Assembly (NCBI GenBank): GCA_003152995.1
Contig: PMBR01000089.1
Coordinates: forward strand, 45,893-109,892
DNA from: Chloroflexota bacterium
GTDB taxonomy: Bacteria > Chloroflexota > Limnocylindria > Limnocylindrales > CSP1-4
Direction: 5' to 3'
Length of the DNA: 64,000 nucleotides
Position numbers and translations under genes: made by a program. Positions 1 through 9,567 of the stretch are shown in pieces. How positions within the stretch are numbered: the first letter of the stretch is position 1; each line of letters begins with the position of its first letter. Below the pieces are notes generated by a model. It had not been told where the DNA came from. It searched no databases and worked only from the letters and a program-made list of their open reading frames with translations.

Positions 1-881
1 ACAGTGGTCAAGGCCGGTGTCGTGTACTCGGCCATCGGGAGGTCGTCGAAGCCGACGATGGAGATCTCGCCGGGCACGTCGAGGCCCATCTTGCGAGCAG
101 TGTGCAGCGCACCGATTGCGAGGACGTCGGTAGAGGCCATGATGGCCGTGGGGCGTTCCGGAAGATCCATCAGCGCCCGGAGGGCTCCCGCTCCGCCACC
201 GAGCGTATTCCGAGCATCGCGCACGAACACGGCGGGCGTGTCGAGGCCCTCAGCCGCGGCCCTCTCCAGGAATGCCACACGGCGCTCGCCGATATCGCCG
301 ATCAGGCGGCCTTCGACGAAAACACCGCCGATGAACGCTATCTTGCGGTGGCCGAGCCGGAGCAGGTGATCCATCAGACCGTCGACACCGAACTTGTTGT
401 CCACGCCGATGATCGAACTCCCGGGAGTGGGGGCCGTGCCCTGCCACATACCGACGACCGGGAAGTTGGTGTCCCGCAGATCCTCCATGAGACGCGGCTG
501 ATCGCTGGTATCTCCGAGGAGGAGGATGGCGTCGCAGTGGCGCGTCTCGAGGACGGTGCGCAGGGCGATGGCCTCCTCGGTGCGGCCGTGGGCATCGCCC
601 AGAACCACGTTGTATCCACGTCGGTTGGCCTCGGTGGAGATAGCGTCGACCGCGCCCGCGAAGAACGGATCCGTGATCTCGCGCACGATCACGCCCAGGA
701 GCATCGTGCGGGCGCCCCGGAGGCCGCGGGCCAGCGGGTTGGGGCGGTAGCGCATCTGCTTCGCGATCTCGAGGATCCGATCTCTCGTCGCCGGATTTAT
801 CGGGATCGCATTCGGGGCGCCTGTGAGAACCCGCGAGACGGTGCTCTGGGAGACGCCGCTGGCGTCGGCGATGTCCTGCAT
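1..881 (-). CDS. LacI-family transcriptional regulator, partial (C-terminus runs off the window start). Likely start is the ATG whose complement is at 879-881 (MQDIADASGVSQSTVSRVLTG); an in-frame ATG at 989 would add 36 low-complexity residues.
   Basis: Reverse-strand translation gives the classic LacI N-terminal HTH (MxxIADxxGVSxxTVSRVL) followed by a periplasmic-binding-fold effector domain (RPNPLARGLRG...LGDAHGRTEE...IVGFDD). The gene lies directly downstream of xylA on the same strand. Confidence 0.8.
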   Translation of the reverse strand, partial: MQDIADASGVSQSTVSRVLTGAPNAIPINPATRDRILEIAKQMRYRPNPLARGLRGARTMLLGVIVREITDPFFAGAVDAISTEANRRGYNVVLGDAHGRTEEAIALRTVLETRHCDAILLLGDTSDQPRLMEDLRDTNFPVVGMWQGTAPTPGSSIIGVDNKFGVDGLMDHLLRLGHRKIAFIGGVFVEGRLIGDIGERRVAFLERAAAEGLDTPAVFVRDARNTLGGGAGALRALMDLPERPTAIMASTDVLAIGALHTARKMGLDVPGEISIVGFDDLPMAEYTTPALTT

Positions 882-1172
882 CGTCGGGACGCGCGGATGC
901 GCTGCTGCGCTCGAAACCCGGCCGACCGCCTGCGGCGGTGGAGAGCCGGAGTCCGGGCTGGCCGGATCGGTCGACTCGACTGCTCGCATGGGGGAATTCC
1001 GGCGAGGCACGGCGGAACCGGGTTTCGGCCTTTCTATTGCCATAGTGTCGACTCGCTCCGTTTTGTGGAGCACTCGATTGTCGCCATTGATTGCGGCGAC
1101 ACTGTGACGGTGCATCCTCCCGTCACCGCGCCTCTCCTGGACAAGCTAACCCATCTGCTCAGGCGTGCGCGT

Positions 1173-1195
1173 GCAATCGAATGTAGCATACCATT
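1173..1195. promoter_or_regulatory. 23-nt motif GCAATCGAATGTAGCATACCATT (copy 1), between xylA 3' end and lacI start
   Basis: Exact 23/23 identity with 11630..11652. Read toward the downstream minus-strand gene it is TGGTATGCTACATTCG, which resembles an extended -10 element (TGnTAnnnT). Confidence 0.45.
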
Positions 1196-1258
1196 TCCGG
1201 CATGGCCGGAACCCGCAACCGTACCTGCGCGGTTCCGCCACAGTTAGAAACGCTCGGT

Positions 1259-2452
1259 CTAGCGAGCGCCCATGAGCAGTTCCATGACCAGCTGGTCGAG
1301 GTGCTCGTTGCCGTAGCCACGGACGGCCAGGGCGTTTGGATCGCCGGGTGCGTCGCGCAGAGCGGCGGCCGACTCGGTCGAGTACGCGCCCACGGTCGGT
1401 TTGGCCAGCTCGGCGACGGACGAGTCGGCCAGGGCTGCCTGGATTTCCGGGTCGGCCGCGAACTGGCGGGCCTTGGCGCGCAGGATCAAGTACGTTCGCA
1501 TGCACCCGGCGGCGAAGTCCCAGACTCCCACCGCGTCTTCGTTCCGATAAGCGTGCGCGTCGAAATGGCGCGGACCCGCGTAGCCGGACTCCTCCAGCAG
1601 CTTGACCAGGAAGAAGGCGTCCTTGAGGCCTTCGGAGCCGAAGCGCAAGTCCTGGTCGTAGCGGCCGATCTTCTGGCCGTTGAGATCGATGTGGAAGAGC
1701 TTGCCGTGCCAGAGCGTCTGGGCGACGGCGTGATAGAAGCTCAATCCCGACATCGTCTCGTGAGCGGTCTCAGGGTTGAGGCCGACCATCTCGGGATGCT
1801 CGAGCGCGCCGATGAAGGCCAGGGCGTGGCCGACCGTGGGCAGGAACGTGTCGCCCCGCGGTTCGTTCGGCTTGGGTTCGATCGCGAACCGCATGGGGTA
1901 CTTGCGGTCGAGGACGTAACCGCACAGGAAGTCGATCGCCTCGCGGTATCGATCCAGCGCGTCGGCGGGTCGCTTTGCGGCCATGGCCTCGACGCCTTCG
2001 CGGCCACCCCAGAAGACGTACGTCGGCGCGCCCAGCTCAGCCCCAATGTCGATAGCACGCATCGTCTTGGCGATCGCATAGCGGCGCACGGCCCGGTCGT
2101 TGCTGGTAAAGGCGCCGTCTTTGAAGACGGGGTGGCCGAACAGGTTGGTCGTCGCCATGGACACGACCAACCCGGTCTCATCGAGGGTCCCCTTGAAACG
2201 GCCGACGATCTCGTCCCGCTCGTGAAGGGAGGAGCCGAACGGGACGAGATCGTCGTCGTGCATGGAGATGCCGAAGGCGCCGAGCTCGGCGAGCTTGCGG
2301 ACCGAATCGTTGGGGTCGAGGCGCGCACGGGTGTTGTCGCCGAACGGATCGCGGCCGGAGTTGCCCACGGTCCAGAGCCCGAAGCTAAATTTGTCGGCGG
2401 GGGTGGGCGTCAGGGCGCTATCGGCGCTCGCGCCGCCCTTGAAATGGATCAT
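1259..2452 (-). CDS. xylA: Xylose isomerase (actinobacterial short type, 397 aa)
   Basis: ORF translation contains [33 protein letters not shown] and other hallmark XylA motifs. AGGAGG lies 9 nt upstream of the ATG. Confidence 0.95.
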   Translation of the reverse strand: MIHFKGGASADSALTPTPADKFSFGLWTVGNSGRDPFGDNTRARLDPNDSVRKLAELGAFGISMHDDDLVPFGSSLHERDEIVGRFKGTLDETGLVVSMATTNLFGHPVFKDGAFTSNDRAVRRYAIAKTMRAIDIGAELGAPTYVFWGGREGVEAMAAKRPADALDRYREAIDFLCGYVLDRKYPMRFAIEPKPNEPRGDTFLPTVGHALAFIGALEHPEMVGLNPETAHETMSGLSFYHAVAQTLWHGKLFHIDLNGQKIGRYDQDLRFGSEGLKDAFFLVKLLEESGYAGPRHFDAHAYRNEDAVGVWDFAAGCMRTYLILRAKARQFAADPEIQAALADSSVAELAKPTVGAYSTESAAALRDAPGDPNALAVRGYGNEHLDQLVMELLMGAR

Positions 2453-2705
2453 GACTCCGAACCTCCTGTAGGCAACCTATCCGTTTTCAGCCGCGCAACC
2501 CAGCGGCGGGAACGTGCCCGTGCTGCTCCTCCGATGGCCGGAGCGGCGTGGCCGGACCGGCCGCGACCTCTTCCTCGTGGCTCTCGGTGATCCGCCGGAC
2601 CCGTTGAATCGAACAACACATGCCAGGTCGCTCAGGATCCACGAAAAGACTAGGCGGCGCGCCCTACGCCATTCAAGTCCCGAGCGACTCTTGACCGCCA
2701 GAGGG

Positions 2706-2753
2706 GCATGCGTATGCTACATAGGTATGCACCCCTGTCGGGGCCGGAAATGG
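2706..2753 (+). promoter_or_regulatory. Related motif copy 3 in the divergent xylA/xylF intergenic region (GCGTATGCTACATAGGTATGCA ... CCGGAAATGG)
   Basis: Shares the 11-mer GTATGCTACAT with copies 1 and 2, in the same orientation relative to the downstream gene (xylF). It also carries CCGGAAATGG, which is the reverse complement of the CCATTTCCGG flanking copy 1. Confidence 0.4.
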
Positions 2754-2839
2754 ATAGGAGGAATGAAGCCCAAGATCGGAGACCGCAAACCTATCCGGAG
2801 ACAATCCCCGGTGATTTGCAATGGAGGAGGAAGGAACCA

Positions 2840-3988
2840 ATGAGGATCAATAGCAGAGCTGTTGCTCTCGTCTCGATTGCCGCACTCGTGGCCTCGGCCT
2901 GTTCCAGCTCGGCCACCCCGAGCCCGGTGGCCACCACAACGGTTACCGCGGCGCCCACCCCGGTAGTCACCCCGGTGGTCACCCCGGTGGCCACAGCCAA
3001 GCCTTGCACCGTCGGCGTTTCCTGGAACAACTACGCGGAAGAGCGCTGGGCGAAGTGGGATGAGCCGGCGATCCAGAAGGCCCTCACCAAGGGCGGCGCC
3101 AAGTACATCTCGAACGACGCCAAGTCCTCGGCCGACACTCAGCTCTCGAACGTCGACGCGCTCATCAACCAGGGCGCCAACGTCGTGATCATCCTTGCCC
3201 AGGACGGAGTGGCCATCGAGCCGGCCGTCAAGAAGGCCCTCGCAGCCGGCGTGCCGGTCATCGCCTATGACCGCCTGATCAATGATCCTGGCACGTTCTA
3301 CATCACCTTCAACAACGTCCTGGTCGGCAACCTGCAGGCCGCGGCACTGCTGAAGGTCAAGAGCTCCGGCAACTTCGTCGTCATCAAGGGCAACAAGGCC
3401 GACGCGAACGCGGACTTCCTCCGCTCGGGCATGGTCCAGGCCGGTCTCCCGGATGTGGGCCAGTCGACCGCCACCCTCAAGAACGTCGGTGAGACCTACA
3501 CCGACAACTGGGATCCGGCCAACGCCCAGACCGAGATGGAGCAGTTCCTCACCAAGAACAACAACAAGATCGACATCGCCTTCGTTGAGAACGACGGCAT
3601 GGCCGGCGGCGTCATCGCCGCTCTCAAGTCGCAGGGCCTGGCGGGCACCGTTCCGGTCTCCGGCCAGGACGGCGACGCCGCCGCTCTGAACCGAATCGCC
3701 CTTGGAACCCAGACCGTCGACGTCTGGAAGGACGCCCGCATGCTCGGTGACGCCGCCGGACAGGCTGCCGTTGAGCTCTGCGCCGGCACGGCGTTGGCTA
3801 GCATCACGACCGACAATTACGGTCCGGCTAAGCCCTTCACCACCGCCGGGATGACCTTCAACTCGATCCTGCTCACGCCTGACGCAATCACCCAGGCCAA
3901 CCTGCAGGATGTCCTTACCGCCAACTGGATCGACAAGGCCACTCTCTGCAAGGACGTGAAGGCCGGCACGGTCGCCGTCTGCGGCTGA
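2840..3988 (+). CDS. xylF: D-xylose ABC transporter substrate-binding lipoprotein
   Basis: Strong similarity by eye to E. coli XylF (YDRLINDPGTFYITFNNVLVGNLQA; NNNKIDIAFVENDGMAGGVIAALKSQGLAGTVPVSGQDGDAAALNRIALGTQTVDVWKD). Lipobox LVASAC. RBS GGAGGAGGAAGG precedes ATG 2840. The six-frame ORF begins earlier at 2708 but has no RBS or signal peptide there. Confidence 0.9.
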   Translation: MRINSRAVALVSIAALVASACSSSATPSPVATTTVTAAPTPVVTPVVTPVATAKPCTVGVSWNNYAEERWAKWDEPAIQKALTKGGAKYISNDAKSSADTQLSNVDALINQGANVVIILAQDGVAIEPAVKKALAAGVPVIAYDRLINDPGTFYITFNNVLVGNLQAAALLKVKSSGNFVVIKGNKADANADFLRSGMVQAGLPDVGQSTATLKNVGETYTDNWDPANAQTEMEQFLTKNNNKIDIAFVENDGMAGGVIAALKSQGLAGTVPVSGQDGDAAALNRIALGTQTVDVWKDARMLGDAAGQAAVELCAGTALASITTDNYGPAKPFTTAGMTFNSILLTPDAITQANLQDVLTANWIDKATLCKDVKAGTVAVCG

Positions 3989-4103
3989 TCTGAATACGCG
4001 TTCCTAGCGACTCTCACGCGCCCTGCACCCGGGAACCCGCGGTGCAGGGCGCGCTACTATGAAGGTCGGCAACTTTGGTCTCAGGCCACTCGAGAGGGTC
4101 ACG

Positions 4104-5459
4104 ATGACTCAGGCAAACGGAGAAGTGCAGGCGGCCATCACGCAGGCGCCTCAATCGGCCTGGACGCGGGGGATGAGGCCGATCCGGGCGCTCTCCGACG
4201 GCCTTAAAGCCGGCTCGAGGACGATGGAGGTCGACCTCCGGCTGGCCGGCATGATCGTGGCGTTGGTTGCCATCTGGATCGGCTTCGGATGGGCCTCCGG
4301 CGGGCTGTTCCTCACGCCCAGAAACTTCTATGACGTTTCCGTCCAGAGCGTTCCGGTCGCGATCATGGCGACCGGCATGGTCCTGATCATCGTCTCTCGG
4401 AACATCGACCTCTCGGTGGGCTCGATAATGGGCCTGACTGCCTACGTCGCGGCCATGACGCAGCGGATCTGGCTCACCCAGGACCTCGGCCTCCCATACA
4501 ACGGGTTCGAGATCTGGATCATCGCGATACTGGCGGCCGTTGCGGTCGGGGCGCTGATCGGCGCCATCCAGGGCGGTCTCACCGCCTATATCGGGATTCC
4601 ATCCTTCGTCGTCACCCTCGCCGGTCTCCTGGTCTGGCGCGGCCTCATCTTCAAGCTCCAGCAGGGCCAGACCATCGCACCGATGGACCAGACGTTCGCG
4701 ATCTTCGGAGGCAACCTGCCGCAGGGCAGTCTCGGCCTCTGGCCCACATGGATAGTCGGTATCCTGCTGTGCGCGGGGATCGTCTACGCCCTGGTAGCAA
4801 GCCGCCGCAAACGCCGGGAGTACGGTTTCCCCGTCCGGCCGCAGTGGGCTATGGCCATCCTCATCGTCGGCGGCTGCGCGGCCGTTCTGGGCGCGATGTG
4901 GGCCTACAACAGCTACCCGCTTCCTCTGCTGCTGACGCGGCAGTACGCGGTGGCGCACGGCCTCAACCCGGACGGCCTGGTCATCTCGGTCGGTCTCGCA
5001 GCCCCCGTCCTGCTGCTGCTCGGCATCGGCCTCGTCATGGGTTTCCTGACGACCCGGCGGCCGTTCGGTCGCTACGTCTTCGCGATCGGCGGCAACCCCG
5101 ACGCAGCCAACCTCGCCGGCATCAATACCAAGCGGACGATCCTCGGTACGTTCGTTCTGATGGGCGTACTGTGCGCCCTCGCCGGCTGCATTCAGGCCTC
5201 ACGACTCGACGCGGGTGTAACCAGCACCGGCACGGGCTACGAACTGCTCGTGATCGCCGCGGCGGTTCTTGGCGGCACCTCGTTTTCGGGCGGCATCGGC
5301 ACCATCCAGGGCGCTGTCCTGGGCGCCGTGCTCATGCAATCGCTCAAGTCGGGCATGGTCACCATAGGTCTGGACTCGCCGATGCAGGACGTCGCGGTAG
5401 GCTGCGTCCTCGTGTTCGCGGTCGGCCTCGACACCATCGTCCATCGGCGCGCCAAGTAG
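4104..5459 (+). CDS. xylH: Sugar (xylose) ABC transporter permease, CUT2 family
   Basis: Multi-TM protein similar to XylH/RbsC-type permeases ([13 protein letters not shown]...RLDAG). Start chosen at ATG 4104, preceded by GAGAGGG; the ORF also opens at 4059. Confidence 0.8.
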   Translation: MTQANGEVQAAITQAPQSAWTRGMRPIRALSDGLKAGSRTMEVDLRLAGMIVALVAIWIGFGWASGGLFLTPRNFYDVSVQSVPVAIMATGMVLIIVSRNIDLSVGSIMGLTAYVAAMTQRIWLTQDLGLPYNGFEIWIIAILAAVAVGALIGAIQGGLTAYIGIPSFVVTLAGLLVWRGLIFKLQQGQTIAPMDQTFAIFGGNLPQGSLGLWPTWIVGILLCAGIVYALVASRRKRREYGFPVRPQWAMAILIVGGCAAVLGAMWAYNSYPLPLLLTRQYAVAHGLNPDGLVISVGLAAPVLLLLGIGLVMGFLTTRRPFGRYVFAIGGNPDAANLAGINTKRTILGTFVLMGVLCALAGCIQASRLDAGVTSTGTGYELLVIAAAVLGGTSFSGGIGTIQGAVLGAVLMQSLKSGMVTIGLDSPMQDVAVGCVLVFAVGLDTIVHRRAK

Positions 5460-5473
5460 GCCAGGAGCAACAG

Positions 5474-6295
5474 ATGAGCATCGCACCCAATCCCGATCTC
5501 GTCGCCGCACCGGCCGCCGTGGAACCGCCCCTGGTCGAGATGCGCGACATATGCGTCGCCTTCGGTGGCGTGCACGCGGTCCAAGATGTGACAGTTGATC
5601 TGCGGGCAGGCGAGGTCGTAGGCCTCGTCGGTGGCAACGGCGCTGGCAAGACCACCCTCATCCGCACCCTGTCCGGCGCCCGTCCCGGCGACTCGGGCCA
5701 GATCTTCCTCAGTGGCCGACCCGTCTCCATTCCGGACCCGCGCACCGCGAAGGCGCTGGGCATCGAGACGATCTACCAGAACCTGGCCCTCGCTGAGAAC
5801 GTCGACGCGTCGGCCAACTTCTACCTCGGCCGGGAGCTCAAGAGCCGGTTGGGCTCGCTCGACGACACGGCGATGGAGTCGGCCACCCGCAAGGTCCTGG
5901 GCCGGCTCAACCCCAACTTCAAGAACTTCAAGACGCCGGTGGTATCGCTTTCAGGCGGCCAGCGGCAGTCCATCGCCATCGGCCGCGCGATCCACTTCAA
6001 TGCCCGGATCCTGATCATGGACGAGCCGACGGCGGCGTTGGGCCCGGCCGAGACGGTCCAGGTTCGCGAGGTGATCAAGCAGCTCAAGTCCGAGGGCATC
6101 GGCATCTTCCTGATCAGCCACGACATCCACGATGTCTTCGATCTCGCCGATCGGATCAGCGTGATGCTCCACGGCAAGCTGGTCGGCACGGTCAACAAGT
6201 CAGATGTCACGACCGACGAAGTCCTGGCCATGATCATCATGGGCAAGATGCCCGGCGAGGTCACGCAGAAGGAACTCGCCCAGCTACACAGCTGA
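5474..6295 (+). CDS. ABC transporter ATP-binding protein (single ABC domain, 273 aa)
   Basis: Walker [10 protein letters not shown], signature LSGGQRQ, Walker [14 protein letters not shown]-loop ISHD. AGGAG precedes ATG 5474, which sits 14 nt after the xylH stop. Confidence 0.85.
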   Translation: MSIAPNPDLVAAPAAVEPPLVEMRDICVAFGGVHAVQDVTVDLRAGEVVGLVGGNGAGKTTLIRTLSGARPGDSGQIFLSGRPVSIPDPRTAKALGIETIYQNLALAENVDASANFYLGRELKSRLGSLDDTAMESATRKVLGRLNPNFKNFKTPVVSLSGGQRQSIAIGRAIHFNARILIMDEPTAALGPAETVQVREVIKQLKSEGIGIFLISHDIHDVFDLADRISVMLHGKLVGTVNKSDVTTDEVLAMIIMGKMPGEVTQKELAQLHS

Positions 6296-6466
6296 ACAGG
6301 CGACGCGTCCGGTCGCCCGGTTCGAAGTTCCTCGCCACGAGCCCGCCGTCGGCGGGCTCGTCCGATTCACCACGGGTCACCGATCCGAGCGAGGAATGGT
6401 CCATCGCGCGGTAGGAGCGCGGCCGGGCAGCTACCGGCCGTTCCGTCCGGGCGTGGTCCGCGGCGT

Positions 6467-7843
6467 CTAGACGGCCAGACTCATGGCTCGGTCCGGGCGG
6501 AGAAGGAACGGCGGCAGATAGGCCGGCATGTTCGAGAACGGCAGCACGTCCGGGTGGAGAGCGATCCCGAGGACGTCGTTCATGAACTGCCGCCGCGCCT
6601 GGATCCGCTGCCACGCGGCCGGATGGCCGGCCGCAAACGCCTCGCGCAGCGACTGATCGGCCAGGGCCAGGCCGTCCTCGAGGTTGGTGGTGAAGTAGTC
6701 GGTTCCTGTCGCCGGGATGATGTCCACCTGGAGCGCCATTCCTGAACGCAACTCAACTCGCGAGCCCCGGGCTATCGGGGAGTTGACCCACTCGTCGAGG
6801 TGAATCTGGTGGCCCGGGTTGAGGGAGATCCCGAAGAACGGATCGCCGAGGTGCCGATCGATGATCTCCCAGAGGGCGCCGCCGGTCTGGCCGACGTGAA
6901 GCGCGCCATACCACTCGGCGACGGCCTCGAAGTACGGACCGACGAGGCGCTCGACGTAGTCCGCGATGCCGGACGGCAACTCGTTTGGACCGTCCATCAC
7001 GAACCCGGCCCTGCAGTTGAGCGCGCCCCAGACGCCGAATCCGACGGTGAACCTGTCGCCCCTTACGATCCGACGGTCCCCCGGGCTGAGCAGCCCGAGC
7101 GAGGCCCGCGGACCGCCCGTCAGCATCAAGTGGCATGACAGCGGCATGCCGTTCCAGTGCAGGAGACGGACCGCCTCGCTTTCACTCATCCCGGGCTGAA
7201 GCCCGAGCAGAAGGCGCCGAACGCCATCGGATGTCTGACAGGCCGCGTACTCGAAGGCAGCGAGCTGTTCGACCTCGTTGATCACGCGCAGCCCGTCGGC
7301 GGCGTCGATCATCATGCTCGTGGCGTTCTCGACCACGCCGGTCGGGCCGGTGAGGCGCCTCAGTTCGTCCACGAGGTACGCCGGGGCGTCGATCGTCTCG
7401 CGGCCCGCATACGTCTTCCCGGCGATCACGCCGACGTGGCTGCCCCGCCCGATGCCCTCATCGGCGAGGATCTCGGCCAAAGGCCGGGATCGATCGCGGG
7501 GTTGACCGGGCAAGCTGAGATCCTGGAACAGCACCGGCCGCATCTTCAGAGGCGCCTGAGCCGCCATCCCGTAGCACTCGTTGCCGACGAGGATCGCCGG
7601 TTCGCCGGTCGAGCCCAGCAGGAAGATCGATTCCTCGAAACGGGGGTCGAAGCCGCTCAGGTAGGCCAGGCTGGCGCTGTGCTCGCGGTCGGCATAGACG
7701 ACGAGCCAGTCGTAGGCGCCTCTCTCGGCGCGCTCCCGCAACCTGGCCACGCGGGCCGTGTACAAACCTGCGGGGATCTCCGGCCGAGCCTCCGGCATCC
7801 CGAATTCCGGCATGCCGATCTCGGCGAGCCGCGCCTTCAGCAT
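6467..7843 (-). CDS. M24-fold (creatinase/prolidase-like) protein, possibly non-catalytic
   Basis: 458-aa ORF with the N-terminal creatinase-like region and C-terminal pita-bread-like segments (GDRFTVGFGVWGALNCRAGF; NPGHQIHLDEW) expected of M24, but the canonical Asp/His/Glu metal ligands look partly substituted by eye. It is the third gene of the haloperoxidase operon (17-nt gap). Confidence 0.45.
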   Translation of the reverse strand: MLKARLAEIGMPEFGMPEARPEIPAGLYTARVARLRERAERGAYDWLVVYADREHSASLAYLSGFDPRFEESIFLLGSTGEPAILVGNECYGMAAQAPLKMRPVLFQDLSLPGQPRDRSRPLAEILADEGIGRGSHVGVIAGKTYAGRETIDAPAYLVDELRRLTGPTGVVENATSMMIDAADGLRVINEVEQLAAFEYAACQTSDGVRRLLLGLQPGMSESEAVRLLHWNGMPLSCHLMLTGGPRASLGLLSPGDRRIVRGDRFTVGFGVWGALNCRAGFVMDGPNELPSGIADYVERLVGPYFEAVAEWYGALHVGQTGGALWEIIDRHLGDPFFGISLNPGHQIHLDEWVNSPIARGSRVELRSGMALQVDIIPATGTDYFTTNLEDGLALADQSLREAFAAGHPAAWQRIQARRQFMNDVLGIALHPDVLPFSNMPAYLPPFLLRPDRAMSLAV

Positions 7844-7859
7844 CGATGCACTCTTCCGT

Positions 7860-9521
7860 TCATCCCTTTGGGGGCGACCACGGGTGCGCGTCGGTCGCGC
7901 CCCGTTCGATGTCGACGAACTGGTTCGCGGTCACGGTCATCCACGGCCCGGTCTCGCCGTCCGGCCACTGGACGCGGACCTGGGCGGCGGCGCCCGGGCC
8001 GAGCCCGAAGTGGGTCCAACCGAGCTGGCCGCCGGCGTGACCGCCGCCGATGGTCAATTCGCGCCGCATCGTCACGTCGCCGACCTGGACCTCGATCCAG
8101 GATCCGACGGCGTCCCTGTTGGGTCCTGGCTGGCCAGTTTGGATTGCGAGCCAGTTGCCCATCTGGGCAGGCTTGCTGGTATCGCCCGAACCCACATTCC
8201 GCCAGACCTTCACCGCCGTGCCGTAGTTGACTTCGACAAGGTCCAGCATGCCGTCCATGTTGAAGTCGGCCAGAGCGGCCCCGCGGCCACGCTCGTAGTT
8301 GAGAATCCCGGCGGTATCGGCCCCTTCCTTGAAGGTCCCGTCGGGCTGACCGAGGAACAGGTTGTTCGGATCCTTCTGGGCGTAGTCGGGCTGGGCGCTG
8401 ACGTTGCCCTTGGAGATGAACAGGTCGATGAAGCCGTCGTTGTTGACGTCCTGAAACTCGGGGTGCCATGCCGTCGAAGGCAGGACGTCGCCCCCCGTGA
8501 AGGGCTGGGCTGCGTTCACGCCGCGCTTGAATGCGATGTCGCGATACGTCGGCTGATCCGGGCCCAGGGTCAGAGTCTGGAGCTTGTTGTCGCCCTGGCT
8601 GGTCAGGAAGAAGTCTGGATAGCCGTCGCCGGTTACGTCATAGCTGGCGATGCCCATGCCGAAGATCTGCATTGACACCCAGCCGTTGGCATCGGTGTAC
8701 TGGCTCGGAGCCTCGCCGGCCGCGACCCTCCAGAGCTGATCCTCGCCATTGACGTAGTAGTTGCGGTCGTTGCTGACTCTCAAGTCGCGCCGTCCGGAGC
8801 GGTCCCAGTCGGTGAACAGCATCGATAGGGAGCAGTAGCCGGGCGTGAGCACGATGGGTGGGCCATAGCTGCTGCCGTCGGTCTTCGGCCGCCACAGAGC
8901 ATTGTCCGCGCAATCCATCGTCGGCGCTCCCGTGGCGTCGAGCTTGAGGTAGTGTCCAACGGCCAGCGTCGGCAATTGGGCCGAGCCCTCCCATTTCGCG
9001 CTGAACGACGTCGTCCAGGCGTTGCCGTCGTCGAAGGACAATGCCGAGTTCGCCGGTTCGAAGCGGCAGTTCCCAAGCCCGCGAAGAAGCTGCGCTCCGC
9101 CGACGCGCAGAACCGCCAGATCCACGTTGCCGTCGCCGTCGATGTCGATCGGGTAGGCGCCGGTAACTCCGGTGAGATCCGTGGCCGGATTGCTCAATCT
9201 CGTGAACTTCAGGGCGCCGCCGGTCGGACTGTCGTTCCGATAGAGGGCCGCGGTGTTGCTCCCGCCCGCAAAGTAAATGTCCGGCCTGCCGTCGCCGTTG
9301 CAGTCGAACACAGCGACACCTCCGCCCACGGCGAACGTCGCGCCGCCGTCGTAGACCTGGTCCACACCCGCCGCCGACGTTTCGTCGACGAAGTGAGGCG
9401 GACCCGATGCGGTCGTCGGCGTGGCCACGCCCTGTCGGATCACCCCGAAGCCAATGACAGCCGCGCCCACGAGTGAAACAGCCACCGCGGCGGCGATGAG
9501 ACCCAGGAGCCTGCGGCTCAC
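7860..9521 (-). CDS. FG-GAP/VCBS-repeat protein with C-terminal ASPIC/UnbV-like domain (CRTAC1 family), N-terminal signal/TM
   Basis: Repeated DxDGDG Ca-binding-like motifs (FDCNGDGRPDIYF, DIDGDGNVDL, DVTGDGYPDFF, DVNNDGFIDLF, DFNMDGMLDLV) and a C-terminal WLxI...G..GVG.W region. Start set at the internal GTG (complement 9521; VSRRLLGLIAAAVAVSL signal-like) to avoid a 112-nt overlap with the upstream gene; the ORF opens at 9680. Confidence 0.7.
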   Translation of the reverse strand: MSRRLLGLIAAAVAVSLVGAAVIGFGVIRQGVATPTTASGPPHFVDETSAAGVDQVYDGGATFAVGGGVAVFDCNGDGRPDIYFAGGSNTAALYRNDSPTGGALKFTRLSNPATDLTGVTGAYPIDIDGDGNVDLAVLRVGGAQLLRGLGNCRFEPANSALSFDDGNAWTTSFSAKWEGSAQLPTLAVGHYLKLDATGAPTMDCADNALWRPKTDGSSYGPPIVLTPGYCSLSMLFTDWDRSGRRDLRVSNDRNYYVNGEDQLWRVAAGEAPSQYTDANGWVSMQIFGMGIASYDVTGDGYPDFFLTSQGDNKLQTLTLGPDQPTYRDIAFKRGVNAAQPFTGGDVLPSTAWHPEFQDVNNDGFIDLFISKGNVSAQPDYAQKDPNNLFLGQPDGTFKEGADTAGILNYERGRGAALADFNMDGMLDLVEVNYGTAVKVWRNVGSGDTSKPAQMGNWLAIQTGQPGPNRDAVGSWIEVQVGDVTMRRELTIGGGHAGGQLGWTHFGLGPGAAAQVRVQWPDGETGPWMTVTANQFVDIERGATDAHPWSPPKG

Positions 9522-9567
9522 GTGATCGCCCGAGTCCTTGGATCCGGCAGGTCCGAGCGCACCCGCC

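Noticed and set aside
1208-1236. Imperfect hairpin just downstream of xylA (GGAACCCGC ... GCGGTTCC) as an intrinsic terminator
   Set aside because: The stem has a bulge and no U-tract follows on the transcribed strand. Kept only as a weak possibility.
102-2590. Long plus-strand ORFs (102..1247, 1202..2590) overlapping the lacI and xylA genes
   Set aside because: Arg/Gly/Asp-rich low-complexity translations typical of out-of-frame or antisense reading of high-GC coding DNA. The opposite strand carries unmistakable LacI and XylA sequences.
4014-4958. Minus-strand 314-aa ORF and the first 240 codons of plus ORF 4748..6295
   Set aside because: Both overlap xylH. The translations are Arg/Pro/Asp-rich with no domain signal. 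The ATPase clearly begins at ATG 5474 with its own RBS.
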